Source: Longimicrobiales bacterium (GTDB lineage Bacteria; Gemmatimonadota; Gemmatimonadetes; Longimicrobiales; RSA9). From it: a stretch of 64,000 bases of DNA. The stretch spans positions 6,207 through 70,206 of the forward strand of contig DASTYK010000162.1 in NCBI GenBank assembly GCA_035764935.1, read 5' to 3'. A model generated the notes under the pieces. That model was not told where the DNA came from, made no database searches, and saw nothing but the letters and a program-made list of their open reading frames with translations. The translations under genes and the position numbers were made by a program. This document shows, in pieces, positions 45,311 to 54,049 of this stretch (the stretch's first letter is position 1; each line of letters opens with the position of its first letter).

Positions 45311-45970
45311 ATGGTGGCACAGCCCAAACTGAAGGCGGAAACACGGGAATCGGCTGGCAAGGGCACGGCGCGCAAGCTGCGCGGTGCCGGCCGGATCCCG
45401 GTCGTGCTGTACGGCCGAGGCGAGGAGACGCGCTCGCTTTCGGTGGACGCGCACGAGCTCGAGCTGCTGATGCAGCGCGTGCATCTCGAGAACACGATCG
45501 TGCAGCTCCAGATCAGCGGCGAGCGCGCGGCGGTCAAGGCGCTCGCCAAGGAGGTGCAGCGGCACCCGTCGAGGCCGGTGATCCTGCACGTCGATTTCTA
45601 TCAGATTCACGCCGGCGAGAAGATCACGGTCGAGGTGCCGATCCGCCTCGTCGGGCAGGCGCCTGGTGTCCGGACCGGTGGCCTCATGCAGCACGCACTC
45701 ACGGAGCTGGAAGTGCGCTGCCTGCCGGACAACATTCCGGAGTTCGTCGAGCTGAGCGTCGAGGGGATGGAGATCGGCGACTCGAAGCACGTGGGCGATG
45801 TGCCGCTGCCCGATGGCGTCGAGGCGACGCAGGATCCGGAGCGCACGATCTGCAGCGTGATCCCGCCGCAGGCGGGCGTCGCGGAGCCGGGTGCCGAGGA
45901 AGTGGCCGAGGGCGAGGGCGGTGAGCCGGAAGTGATCCGCCGCGCCAGGGAAGAGGGCTCCGAGTCCTGA
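45311..45970 (+). CDS. rplY: 50S ribosomal protein L25 / general stress protein Ctc (long form)
   Basis: 219-aa ORF. Motifs: LRGAGRIPVVLYG, VQRHPSRPVILHVDFY; acidic C-terminal tail. Confidence 0.9.
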   Translation: MVAQPKLKAETRESAGKGTARKLRGAGRIPVVLYGRGEETRSLSVDAHELELLMQRVHLENTIVQLQISGERAAVKALAKEVQRHPSRPVILHVDFYQIHAGEKITVEVPIRLVGQAPGVRTGGLMQHALTELEVRCLPDNIPEFVELSVEGMEIGDSKHVGDVPLPDGVEATQDPERTICSVIPPQAGVAEPGAEEVAEGEGGEPEVIRRAREEGSES

Positions 45971-45986
45971 TCCGTCCGGGCTCGCC

Positions 45987-46550
45987 ATGAAGCTCGTGTG
46001 CGGGCTCGGCAATCCGGGAGCGGAGTACGCAGCCACGCGCCACAATGTCGGATGGTGGCTGCTCGATGAGCTGCGCGAGGAATGGGGCACGACGCCGTTC
46101 CGCCGCGCGGGCATCGTGGAAGTGAGCGAAGGCGTCGTCGCCGACCACGACGTCGTGCTGATGAAGCCGCTCACCTGGATGAACCGCAGCGGTGACGCGC
46201 TCGCGCCACTGCTGCAGTTCGAAGGATTCGACGTCACACAGGACCTGCTGGTGGTCGTGGACGACGTCGCACTGCCGGTCGGCAGGCTCCGCCTGCGTCC
46301 GGGCGGCAGCGCCGGAGGACACAACGGGCTGAAGTCGGTGGAGACAGGACTGCGGACGCGCGAGTACGCGCGACTGCGGATCGGGGTAGGTGCGGCTCCA
46401 CCGGACATGGACCTGGCGGACTGGGTGCTCGGCCCGTTCTCGCCGGAGGAAGAAGCCGAAGTGCTGGACGCCTTTCCGCGCGCGGTGAACGGTGTGCGGC
46501 GCTGGCTGGACGAAGGGACGGAAGCGGCGATGCAGGCGGTCAACGCCTGA
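45987..46550 (+). CDS. pth: Peptidyl-tRNA hydrolase
   Basis: 187-aa ORF. Motifs: MKLVCGLGNPGAEYAATRHNVGW, MNRSGDAL, GGHNGLKS. Confidence 0.9.
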   Translation: MKLVCGLGNPGAEYAATRHNVGWWLLDELREEWGTTPFRRAGIVEVSEGVVADHDVVLMKPLTWMNRSGDALAPLLQFEGFDVTQDLLVVVDDVALPVGRLRLRPGGSAGGHNGLKSVETGLRTREYARLRIGVGAAPPDMDLADWVLGPFSPEEEAEVLDAFPRAVNGVRRWLDEGTEAAMQAVNA

Positions 46551-46618
46551 GCGCCGAGTCGTGACTCGAGAATGACACCGAACAGGCGCCCGCCGGGCGC
46601 CATACGCACGGAGGAGTT

Positions 46619-48760
46619 GTGACGGACCTGACGACGCTCGCACAGTGGGCGCCCATCCTGGGAGTGATCGGACTCCTGGGCGCGCTCGTGCTCTACCTGT
46701 ACGTGAGCCGGCAGAGCGCGGGCACCGACGTGATGCAGGATCTGGCGGATCAGATCCACGAAGGTGCCATGGCGTTCCTGCGACGCGAGTATTCGGTGCT
46801 CGCGATCTTCGTGATCGTGGTCGCGGCGCTGCTCGGCTGGGCGATCGGCTGGACGACCGCGATCGCGTACGTCACGGGCGCGCTCAGCTCCGTGCTCGCG
46901 GGCTTCTTCGGCATGACGGCCGCGACACGGGCGAACGTGCGCACCGCTGCCGCCGCAAAGGAATCGGGGCAGAGCAAGGCGCTGCGCGTCGCCTTCTTCG
47001 GTGGCGCGGTCATGGGCCTGTCGGTCGCGGCGCTCGGCCTGCTCGGCATCGGGATCTGGTTCTTCCTCGAGGGCGCGGCTGCCATCAGCGACGCGGAGTT
47101 CGTCCGGTTCGGCGAGATCGTCAGCGGCTACGCCATGGGTGCGAGCTCGATTGCGCTCTTTGCGCGCGTGGGCGGCGGCATCTACACCAAGGCGGCGGAC
47201 GTCGGTGCGGACCTCGTCGGCAAGGTCGAGGCTGGCATCCCGGAGGACGACCCGCGCAACCCGGCGACCATCGCGGACAACGTCGGCGACAACGTCGGCG
47301 ACGTTGCGGGCATGGGTGCGGACATCTTCGAGTCGTACGTCGGGTCCGTGATCGCAACGATCGCGATCGCGGCGACCAGCCCGCTCTATGCCGGCAGCCG
47401 GATGGAGGCCGTCACGCTGCCGATCATCACGATCATCGTCGGCCTGATCGCGTCGCTGATCGGCATCGGGCTGATGAAGGTGCTGGAGAAGTTCAGCCCC
47501 GCGTCCGCGCTGCGGAACGTCACGTTCATAGCCGCCATCCTCTTCCTGGTGGCGATGTACTTCATCGTCGGCGGTCTCGGCTTCGAGATCTTCGATCCGG
47601 TCGCGGGCCGCGGCTACAGCGAGCATGGCCCCTTCTGGGCGCTGGTGGCCGGCTCACTGGCCGGTGTCCTGATCGGCCTCGCAACGGAGTACTACACGGC
47701 CGCCAAGCCGGTGCGTGACATCGCGCAGGCGAGCGAGACCGGCTCCGCCACAAACATCATCGCGGGCCTCGCCGTCGGCATGCAGTCGACTGCTGCGCCG
47801 ATCCTGCTGATCGCCGCGGGCATCGGCGTCTCCTACTGGACGGCCGGCCTCTACGGGATCGGCATCGCCGCCGTGGGCATGCTCGCGACCGTCGGTGTGA
47901 CGATGTCGGTCGACGCGTACGGTCCGATTGCGGACAACGCGGGTGGTATTGCCGAGATGAGCCACCTCGGACCCGAGGTTCGCTCGATCACCGACCGGCT
48001 CGACTCACTTGGCAACACGACGGCCGCGATCGGCAAGGGCTTCGCGATCGGTTCGGCCGCGCTCACCGCACTTGCGCTCTTCAGCGCGTACGCGTCCGCG
48101 GTCGGCCTGCGCGACACGGGGCTCGACATCATCAACCCCGCGGTTACCGTGGGCATGCTGATCGGCGGGACCATCCCGTTCTTCGTCGCCGCACTCACGA
48201 TGACCGCTGTCGGCCGCGCCGCCGCGGGCATGGTAGAGGAAGTGCGCCGCCAGTTCCGCGAGATCCCCGGCCTCATGCAGGGTACCGCAAAGCCGGACAG
48301 CGCGCGCTGCGTCGACATCTCGACGCGGGCCGCGCTGCGCGAAATGGTCGTGCCGGGGCTGGTTGCCGTGATCGCGCCCGTGGTCGTCGGTTACTTCAGC
48401 ATCAACGCGCTGGGCGGCATGCTCGCGGGCGCGACCGTGACCGGCGTCCTGATGGCCCTGTTCATGGCCAACGCCGGCGGCGCATGGGACAACGCCAAGA
48501 AGTACATCGAGACGGGCGCGCACGGCGGCAAGGGCTCGGACCCGCACAAGGCAGCCGTCGTCGGTGACACGGTCGGTGATCCGTTCAAGGACACGGCCGG
48601 TCCCGCAATGAACATCCTGATCAAGCTGATGAGCGTGGTTGCCCTCGTGCTCGCGCCCTGGTTCGCGCGGATTCACGGCGCCACACCGCTGGAGGGCGCT
48701 GACCAGGGTGCGGCGTTCTTCGACGCGATCCGCACCGCGTTCACCGCACTGCTCGGCTGA
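46619..48760 (+). CDS. hppA: Membrane-integral pyrophosphate-energised cation pump (M-PPase)
   Basis: 713-aa ORF, GTG start after GGAGGAG. Motifs: [55 protein letters not shown]. Confidence 0.95.
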   Translation: MTDLTTLAQWAPILGVIGLLGALVLYLYVSRQSAGTDVMQDLADQIHEGAMAFLRREYSVLAIFVIVVAALLGWAIGWTTAIAYVTGALSSVLAGFFGMTAATRANVRTAAAAKESGQSKALRVAFFGGAVMGLSVAALGLLGIGIWFFLEGAAAISDAEFVRFGEIVSGYAMGASSIALFARVGGGIYTKAADVGADLVGKVEAGIPEDDPRNPATIADNVGDNVGDVAGMGADIFESYVGSVIATIAIAATSPLYAGSRMEAVTLPIITIIVGLIASLIGIGLMKVLEKFSPASALRNVTFIAAILFLVAMYFIVGGLGFEIFDPVAGRGYSEHGPFWALVAGSLAGVLIGLATEYYTAAKPVRDIAQASETGSATNIIAGLAVGMQSTAAPILLIAAGIGVSYWTAGLYGIGIAAVGMLATVGVTMSVDAYGPIADNAGGIAEMSHLGPEVRSITDRLDSLGNTTAAIGKGFAIGSAALTALALFSAYASAVGLRDTGLDIINPAVTVGMLIGGTIPFFVAALTMTAVGRAAAGMVEEVRRQFREIPGLMQGTAKPDSARCVDISTRAALREMVVPGLVAVIAPVVVGYFSINALGGMLAGATVTGVLMALFMANAGGAWDNAKKYIETGAHGGKGSDPHKAAVVGDTVGDPFKDTAGPAMNILIKLMSVVALVLAPWFARIHGATPLEGADQGAAFFDAIRTAFTALLG

Positions 48761-48781
48761 TCGGTCGACGCCGTTGGACGT

Positions 48782-48811
48782 GAAGGCCCGGTGCGTGCGC
48801 CCCGGGCCTTC
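48782..48811 (+). terminator. Hairpin downstream of hppA
   Basis: 10-bp stem, GAAGGCCCGG (48782-48791) with CCGGGCCTTC (48802-48811), 22 nt after the stop. The T-tract is weak (TCGCTT). Confidence 0.5.
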
Positions 48812-48822
48812 TCGCTTGGAGG

Positions 48823-50010
48823 ATGATGCGAGACCTGTCGTTTGAAGCGGCAATCGAGTTTGCACGCGCGCTGATCCGGGTTCCCGGGTCGCCGGGCAAC
48901 GAAGGGGACGTCGCGCGTCGCGTGATCGCCGAGATGAACGACCTCGGCTTTCACGATGTTCGCAGCGACGACGCCGGCAACGTGATCGGCCGCGCACCAG
49001 GGCGCGGCGAAAAGCCGGCGGTGCTGCTCAACTCCCACATGGACGTCGTCGACGTCGGTGACGAGGCGGCGTGGGAGCACCCACCGTACGCTGCGCATCT
49101 GGACGGTGAGTTCCTGCATGGCCGCGGCGCGATGGACATCAAGGGGCCGCTCGCACTGCAGACGTACGCGGCCGCGCACTTCCTGGACAGGCCAGGCGCC
49201 GGCGACGTGATCGTAGCGCATACCGTGCTCGAGGAGCGCGGTGGCTGGGGCATGGAGCAGCTCCTCGAGAGCGGCGCAGCAGACGCGGGCGCCATCATCA
49301 TCGGTGAGGCCACGAACGGTGACGTGTGCATCGGCCACCGCGGCCGGGCGGAGCTCGTCGTGGAGATCCAGGGTCTGGCCGGTCACGCGAGTGCGCCCGA
49401 GCGTGCGAGGAATCCGATGGACGCGCTGCCACTCGTGGTGCCTGCACTGCAAGAGTTCGCGACGTCGCTGGACAGCGATCCCGTGCTCGGCCCCTCGACG
49501 CTGGCACCCACTGCACTGGAAACGCTGCCGCGCAGCCGGAACGTGATCCCCGATCGCGTCCGCATCATCTGCGACTGGCGCGTGCTGCCCGCCATGACGC
49601 GCGAAGCTGCAGAGGAGACGCTGCGCGCCCACTTGGCAACGCTGTCGCTGCCCGACGGCCTGTCGCTCGACGTGCGCTACGCCGTCGAGCATCAGCGCAC
49701 GTGGACCGGCCGCGCGGACGATCGGCGGTTGTTCACCCCGGGATTCCTGCTGAGCCCGCATCACCCGATCGTCGGCGCGGCAGTGAATGCCATCGAATCC
49801 AGACTGTCGTACACACCGGGGGTGCGCCCCTGGACCTTCGCCACGGATGGCGGCCACGCGTGCGGCGTGCACGGCATTCCGACGATCGGCTTCGCCCCGG
49901 GCGAGGAGCGCTACGCCCACACGAACCGCGAGCGGCTTTCGCTCGCGCAGGCACGTTCCGCGTATGCGGTGTATCCAGAGCTGATCGCTGCTGTGCAGAA
50001 CGCACTGTGA
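48823..50010 (+). CDS. M20-family metallopeptidase / deacylase (ArgE/DapE/YgeY-like)
   Basis: 395-aa ORF. Motifs: LLNSHMDVVDVGDE..W, GRGAMDIKG, and a Glu-rich catalytic region HTVLEERGG. Confidence 0.8.
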   Translation: MMRDLSFEAAIEFARALIRVPGSPGNEGDVARRVIAEMNDLGFHDVRSDDAGNVIGRAPGRGEKPAVLLNSHMDVVDVGDEAAWEHPPYAAHLDGEFLHGRGAMDIKGPLALQTYAAAHFLDRPGAGDVIVAHTVLEERGGWGMEQLLESGAADAGAIIIGEATNGDVCIGHRGRAELVVEIQGLAGHASAPERARNPMDALPLVVPALQEFATSLDSDPVLGPSTLAPTALETLPRSRNVIPDRVRIICDWRVLPAMTREAAEETLRAHLATLSLPDGLSLDVRYAVEHQRTWTGRADDRRLFTPGFLLSPHHPIVGAAVNAIESRLSYTPGVRPWTFATDGGHACGVHGIPTIGFAPGEERYAHTNRERLSLAQARSAYAVYPELIAAVQNAL

Positions 50011-50081
50011 CACCACTGAATTGACTGAAAGCGACATCCTCTCCGGGGCGCTGGCGCCTGCGCTGAGGAGATCGAAGTAGA

Positions 50082-51191
50082 ATGCCCAATCTGCGACTCG
50101 GAATCGTCGGACTGCCGAACGTCGGCAAGTCGACACTGTTCAATGCACTGACGGGGGCGGGTGCCCCGTCCGAGAACTACCCCTTCTGCACGGTCGACCC
50201 CAACGTCGGCGTGGTCGAAGTGCCGGACCCGCGCGTCGACCTGCTGGCACAGGTCGTCAAGCCGCAGCGCACCGTTCCTGCCGTCGTCACCTTCGTCGAC
50301 ATCGCGGGCCTGGTGAAGGGTGCATCGGAGGGAGAAGGCCTGGGCAACCAGTTCCTCGGCAACATCCGCGAGGTCGACGCGATCGTGCACGTCGTGCGCT
50401 GCTTCGAGGATCCCGACGTCACGCATGTCGCCGGCGATGTCGATCCAGTCCGCGATCGCGAGATCATCAACCTGGAGCTCGCGCTCTCGGACCTCCAGCA
50501 GATCGAGCGCCGCCTGCAGCGCGCGGAGAAGGAGGCCCGGACCGGTGGCAAGGAGGCCGTCGCCGAGCTCGACCTGCTGAAGCGACTGCACGCGCTCCTG
50601 GGCGATGGCAAGCCCGCCCGGCTCGTGGAGCTGAAGAACGACGAGGAAGCGCGCCTGCTGCGCACCTACAACCTGCTCACCGCCAAGCGCGAGCTGTACG
50701 TCGCCAACATCGCCGAGGGCGACCTGCCCGGAGGCGAGAACGAGTACGTCCAGCGGCTGCGCCAGGCGATCGAGGCCGACGGCGAGCCCGCCGAGATCGT
50801 GCCCCTCTCGGCCCGGATCGAGGCCGAGCTGATCGAGCTCGAGCCCGAGGAGCGCGCGGCGTTCCTCGCGGACTTGGGGCTCGCGGAGCCCGGGCTGCAC
50901 CGCCTGATCCGCACCGGCTACGAGCTGCTCGACCTGATCAGCTACTTCACGGCCGGGGAAAAGGAGGTCCGCTGCTGGACCATCCGTCGCGGCACCAGGG
51001 CGCCGGGCGCGGCGGGCGAGATCCACTCGGACTTCGAGCGCGGCTTCATCCGCGCGGAGACGCTCGGCTGGGACGATTTCGTGGCGGCCGGCTCGCAGAA
51101 GGAAGCGCGGGAAAAGGGGCTGGTCCGGAGCGAGGGCAAGGAGTACGTCGTCCGGGACGGCGACATCCTGCTCTTCCGGTTCAACGTCTGA
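50082..51191 (+). CDS. ychF: Ribosome-binding ATPase YchF
   Basis: 369-aa ORF. Motifs: GIVGLPNVGKSTLFNALT, DIAGLVKGAS, C-terminal TGS-like VVRDGDILLFRFNV. Confidence 0.95.
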   Translation: MPNLRLGIVGLPNVGKSTLFNALTGAGAPSENYPFCTVDPNVGVVEVPDPRVDLLAQVVKPQRTVPAVVTFVDIAGLVKGASEGEGLGNQFLGNIREVDAIVHVVRCFEDPDVTHVAGDVDPVRDREIINLELALSDLQQIERRLQRAEKEARTGGKEAVAELDLLKRLHALLGDGKPARLVELKNDEEARLLRTYNLLTAKRELYVANIAEGDLPGGENEYVQRLRQAIEADGEPAEIVPLSARIEAELIELEPEERAAFLADLGLAEPGLHRLIRTGYELLDLISYFTAGEKEVRCWTIRRGTRAPGAAGEIHSDFERGFIRAETLGWDDFVAAGSQKEAREKGLVRSEGKEYVVRDGDILLFRFNV

Positions 51192-51262
51192 GGCGGTATA
51201 CTACAAGGCTGGACTCCTGCCCCTCCCGCCACGGTGGAGGGGCCGCACAGACCGGAGGAATC

Positions 51263-51625
51263 GTGAGAGGCTACGAGGTCGTCTACATCTTCGATCCGCA
51301 GGTCGCCGACGAGGCGATCGAGCAGAAGCTGGATCGCTATCACCAGTTGCTGACGCAGAACGGCGCGGGCGAGATCACCGCCCGCGACGACTGGGGCCGT
51401 CGGCAGCTCGCCTATCCCATCCGCAAGCAGACGAGCGGCCGCTACGTGGTCGTGCAGTTCAACGCGGCGGCCGAATCGCTGCCGGAGTTCGAGCGTCTGC
51501 TGAAGCTGGACGAGGAGCTGCTGCGTTACCTCGTCGTCCTGCACGACGGTGAGCCGGCGGCGCCGATGTCGATTGCGACGCGCGCGGACCGGCCGAGCGA
51601 TGACGACGACGACGAGGAGGAGTAG
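51263..51625 (+). CDS. rpsF: 30S ribosomal protein S6
   Basis: 120-aa ORF (non-ATG start). Motifs: RGYEVVYIFDP, WGRRQLAYPI; acidic tail DDDDDEEE. GGAGGAA SD is present. Confidence 0.9.
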   Translation: MRGYEVVYIFDPQVADEAIEQKLDRYHQLLTQNGAGEITARDDWGRRQLAYPIRKQTSGRYVVVQFNAAAESLPEFERLLKLDEELLRYLVVLHDGEPAAPMSIATRADRPSDDDDDEEE

Positions 51626-51626
51626 C

Positions 51627-51848
51627 ATGCGTCGCGGCGCAAAGGCGTGCCCGCTCTGTGAGGCGGGGATTCGCCAGATCAACTACAAGGACGAGAAGAC
51701 GCTGAGCCGTCTGATCACCGAGCAGGGCAAGATGCTCCCGCGTCGCATGACGGGCATGTGCGCGCGGCACCAGCGGCAGGTGACGACCGCGATCAAGCGG
51801 GCGCGTTATCTGGCGCTGGTCCCGTATGTCCGACGCTACTCGGACTGA
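51627..51848 (+). CDS. rpsR: 30S ribosomal protein S18
   Basis: The ATG lies 1 nt after the rpsF TAG. Motifs: INYKDEKTLSRLITEQGKMLPRRMTGMCARHQRQVTTAIKRARYLALVPY. Confidence 0.9.
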   Translation: MRRGAKACPLCEAGIRQINYKDEKTLSRLITEQGKMLPRRMTGMCARHQRQVTTAIKRARYLALVPYVRRYSD

Positions 51849-52776
51849 GGCCGGGCCCGGGCGGCGCGGCTGGGGGTCGGCGATCGCGCTGGGCGTTGCG
51901 ACGCTGCTGCTCTGGTCGCTTCACCCGACGCTGCTGATCCTCGTTCCGTTCGCGCTCCTGCTGATTGCACTGCCGCCGCGGCGGCCGCCGCTGGTCGTGG
52001 GTGCGGCGCTGTTGCTCTGGTTCCTGTTCAGCGGCAGTCGGAGCGGCGCGCTCTGGTACGTGGAGCGCGGCTGGGCCCTGCTGCTGGCGGGTTGGTTCAT
52101 CGCGTTCGGCGCGATGTGGCCGCGCCGCTCGTTCATCGTGCGTGGCCTGGCGAGCGTGGCGGCGACCATGGCGTCGGCCGCGCTGGTGGTCGCCTCGAGC
52201 CGGCCCGGGCCGTCCTTCGTCGAAGGACTGGTGAGCCAGCAGATGCGAACGGCCGCTTCCGAGTCGATCGCGCTGTTCACCCAGATGCTCGGCTTCGAGC
52301 GGGTGTCGGCGCAGGTGCAGGAAGCGATGTTCGCCGCGGCGGACCTGCAGGTGCTGGTGTTTCCTGCGCTGCTCGCGCTCGGCTCGCTGACCGGGTTGGC
52401 CGTTGCGTGGTTCGTGTACCGGCGCCTGGGCATCGGGGATGCGGCGCCGCTCAGGCCGCTGCGGGAGTTCCGGTTCCCGGATGATCTCGTCTGGGTGCTG
52501 ATTGCGGGGATGCTGCTGCTCGTGCTGCCGCTGGGAGCGGCGGCGGAACGTGCGGGCACGAACCTGCTGACGTTCATGGCGGCGCTCTACGCGCTGCGCG
52601 GGCTGGCCGTGCTGCTGGTGGTTGCCGGAGTGCCGGGGCCCCTGGGGCTCGTAGTCAGCGGTGTGCTGTTGCTGTTTCTCTATCCGCTGATCATGGCCAT
52701 GACGGTCCTGGTCGGCGTAACGGATACGTGGTTGGATATTCGGGCGCGGCGCGTTGCGGCGCCGCCGTCCTCCTGA
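51826..52776 (+). CDS. DUF2232-like polytopic membrane protein (YybS-like position between rpsR and rplI)
   Basis: 316-aa ORF with ~8 hydrophobic segments. It overlaps the rpsR 3' end by 23 nt, and there is no downstream alternative start before the first TM segment. Confidence 0.65.
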   Translation: MSDATRTEAGPGRRGWGSAIALGVATLLLWSLHPTLLILVPFALLLIALPPRRPPLVVGAALLLWFLFSGSRSGALWYVERGWALLLAGWFIAFGAMWPRRSFIVRGLASVAATMASAALVVASSRPGPSFVEGLVSQQMRTAASESIALFTQMLGFERVSAQVQEAMFAAADLQVLVFPALLALGSLTGLAVAWFVYRRLGIGDAAPLRPLREFRFPDDLVWVLIAGMLLLVLPLGAAAERAGTNLLTFMAALYALRGLAVLLVVAGVPGPLGLVVSGVLLLFLYPLIMAMTVLVGVTDTWLDIRARRVAAPPSS

Positions 52777-52788
52777 CGGAGCGCGAAG

Positions 52789-53250
52789 ATGAAGACGACA
52801 AAGCTGATTCTGCGGCAGGACATCAACAAGCTGGGCGAAGCGGGCGAAGTGGTTTCGGTGCGTGCCGGCTACGCCCGGAACTACCTGCTGCCGCAGGGGC
52901 TCGCGTACGCGGCGACGGCGGCGAACATGCGGCAGCTCGAGGAGGAGCGGAAGCGGGTCGAGGTGCGTGCCCGCCGGGACTACCTCGAGGCCAAGCGCCG
53001 TTCTGCGCAGCTCGAGACCGTGTCGCTCACGTTCCACGTAAACGCGGGCGAGGAGTCCAAGCTGTTCGGCTCGATCACGGCCGCGGACATCGCGGGGCGG
53101 CTGAAGGAGCAGGGGCTGGACTTCGAGGTGGATCGCCGCTGGATCGAGCTCGAAGAGCCGATCAAGGCGCTCGGCGTCTACAACGTGCCGGTGCGGCTGC
53201 ACACGGACGTGAAGCCCGAGGTCAAGGTCTGGGTCATCAAGGCGGAGTAG
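52789..53250 (+). CDS. rplI: 50S ribosomal protein L9
   Basis: 153-aa ORF. Motif: LILRQDINKLGEAGEVVSVRAGYARNYLLPQGLA. Confidence 0.9.
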   Translation: MKTTKLILRQDINKLGEAGEVVSVRAGYARNYLLPQGLAYAATAANMRQLEEERKRVEVRARRDYLEAKRRSAQLETVSLTFHVNAGEESKLFGSITAADIAGRLKEQGLDFEVDRRWIELEEPIKALGVYNVPVRLHTDVKPEVKVWVIKAE

Positions 53251-53270
53251 CAGCACTGCTGTCTGCCTTC

Positions 53271-53310
53271 TGCGGCGGCGGTCCACGGGACGGCCGCCGC
53301 ATGTCGTTTT
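53271..53310 (+). terminator. Rho-independent terminator after rplI
   Basis: 9-bp stem, TGCGGCGGC (53271-53279) with GCCGCCGCA (53293-53301), followed by TGTCGTTTTCC. Confidence 0.7.
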
Positions 53311-53386
53311 CCACCCGCACATCGGCCGGATCGGCCTCGATCGTGCGATGTGCCGGGGTGGCTACAATTCTGGAGCGCGGACGGGA

Positions 53387-53818
53387 ATGAACGATCAGGA
53401 GCGGGCGCGGACGACGCGCAGCGGTTCGGTGGAGAGCGACGGCGGGGTGGTGCAGGTCGGCGACGGCATGGAGGTGCCGGCAGCACTCGCACGCGCGATC
53501 GACCTGGCGAAGGATCGCAAGGGGCGGGACATGCTGCTGCTCGACCTGCGCGGGATCTCCAACGCCACGGATTACTTCCTGCTCGTCACCGGCACGTCCG
53601 ACACGCACGTCAAGGCCGTTGCGGACCACATCCTCGAGGAATTGCGGGAGGATGGCGTCAAGCCGATGCACATCGAGGGGGTGCGCACGGGCCGCTGGGT
53701 GCTGATGGATTACATCGACTTCGTGATTCACGTGTTCCACCCGGCCGCGCGCGAGTTCTACCAGCTCGAGCGGCTGTGGGGCGACGCCCCCTCGCACGCC
53801 TTTCCCGACGAGAGCTGA
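53387..53818 (+). CDS. rsfS: Ribosome silencing factor RsfS (Iojap)
   Basis: Motifs: LLLDLRGISNATDYFLLVTGTSDTHVKAVADHI...WVLMDYIDFVIHVFH...REFYQLERLWGDA. Confidence 0.85.
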   Translation: MNDQERARTTRSGSVESDGGVVQVGDGMEVPAALARAIDLAKDRKGRDMLLLDLRGISNATDYFLLVTGTSDTHVKAVADHILEELREDGVKPMHIEGVRTGRWVLMDYIDFVIHVFHPAAREFYQLERLWGDAPSHAFPDES

Positions 53819-53821
53819 GAG

Positions 53822-53860
53822 GCGCCACGCTCGGATCCCATGCCGAGGTCCGAGCGGCGC
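53822..53860 (+). terminator. Hairpin downstream of rsfS
   Basis: GCGCC-(AC bulge)-GCTCGGA pairs with TCCGAGC-GGCGC, with a 13-nt loop. There is no U-tract. Confidence 0.35.
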
Positions 53861-54049
53861 ACGCAGGAATTTCGTGTCCTGTCAAGTGGTTCCGGGACGC
53901 CGCGTGCCTGCGGTGATTTCCACGCATTCCCTACCGCCGGCGGTGGAGCCGGGATACATTACGCCGTCCCCGACCCGGGGTACGCGCGGCGCCCGCGGGC
54001 TGCGGCCAGCGGAGCATCGCGTACGACGCGGATCGCATAACAAGCATAC

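Noticed and set aside
53840-54040. A 66-aa ORF in the rsfS/SPOR-gene spacer.
   Set aside because: Codon bias is only moderate (~70% GC3 by eye). There is no SD, and the product has no motif or hydrophobic segment. It starts inside the rsfS terminator-like hairpin.
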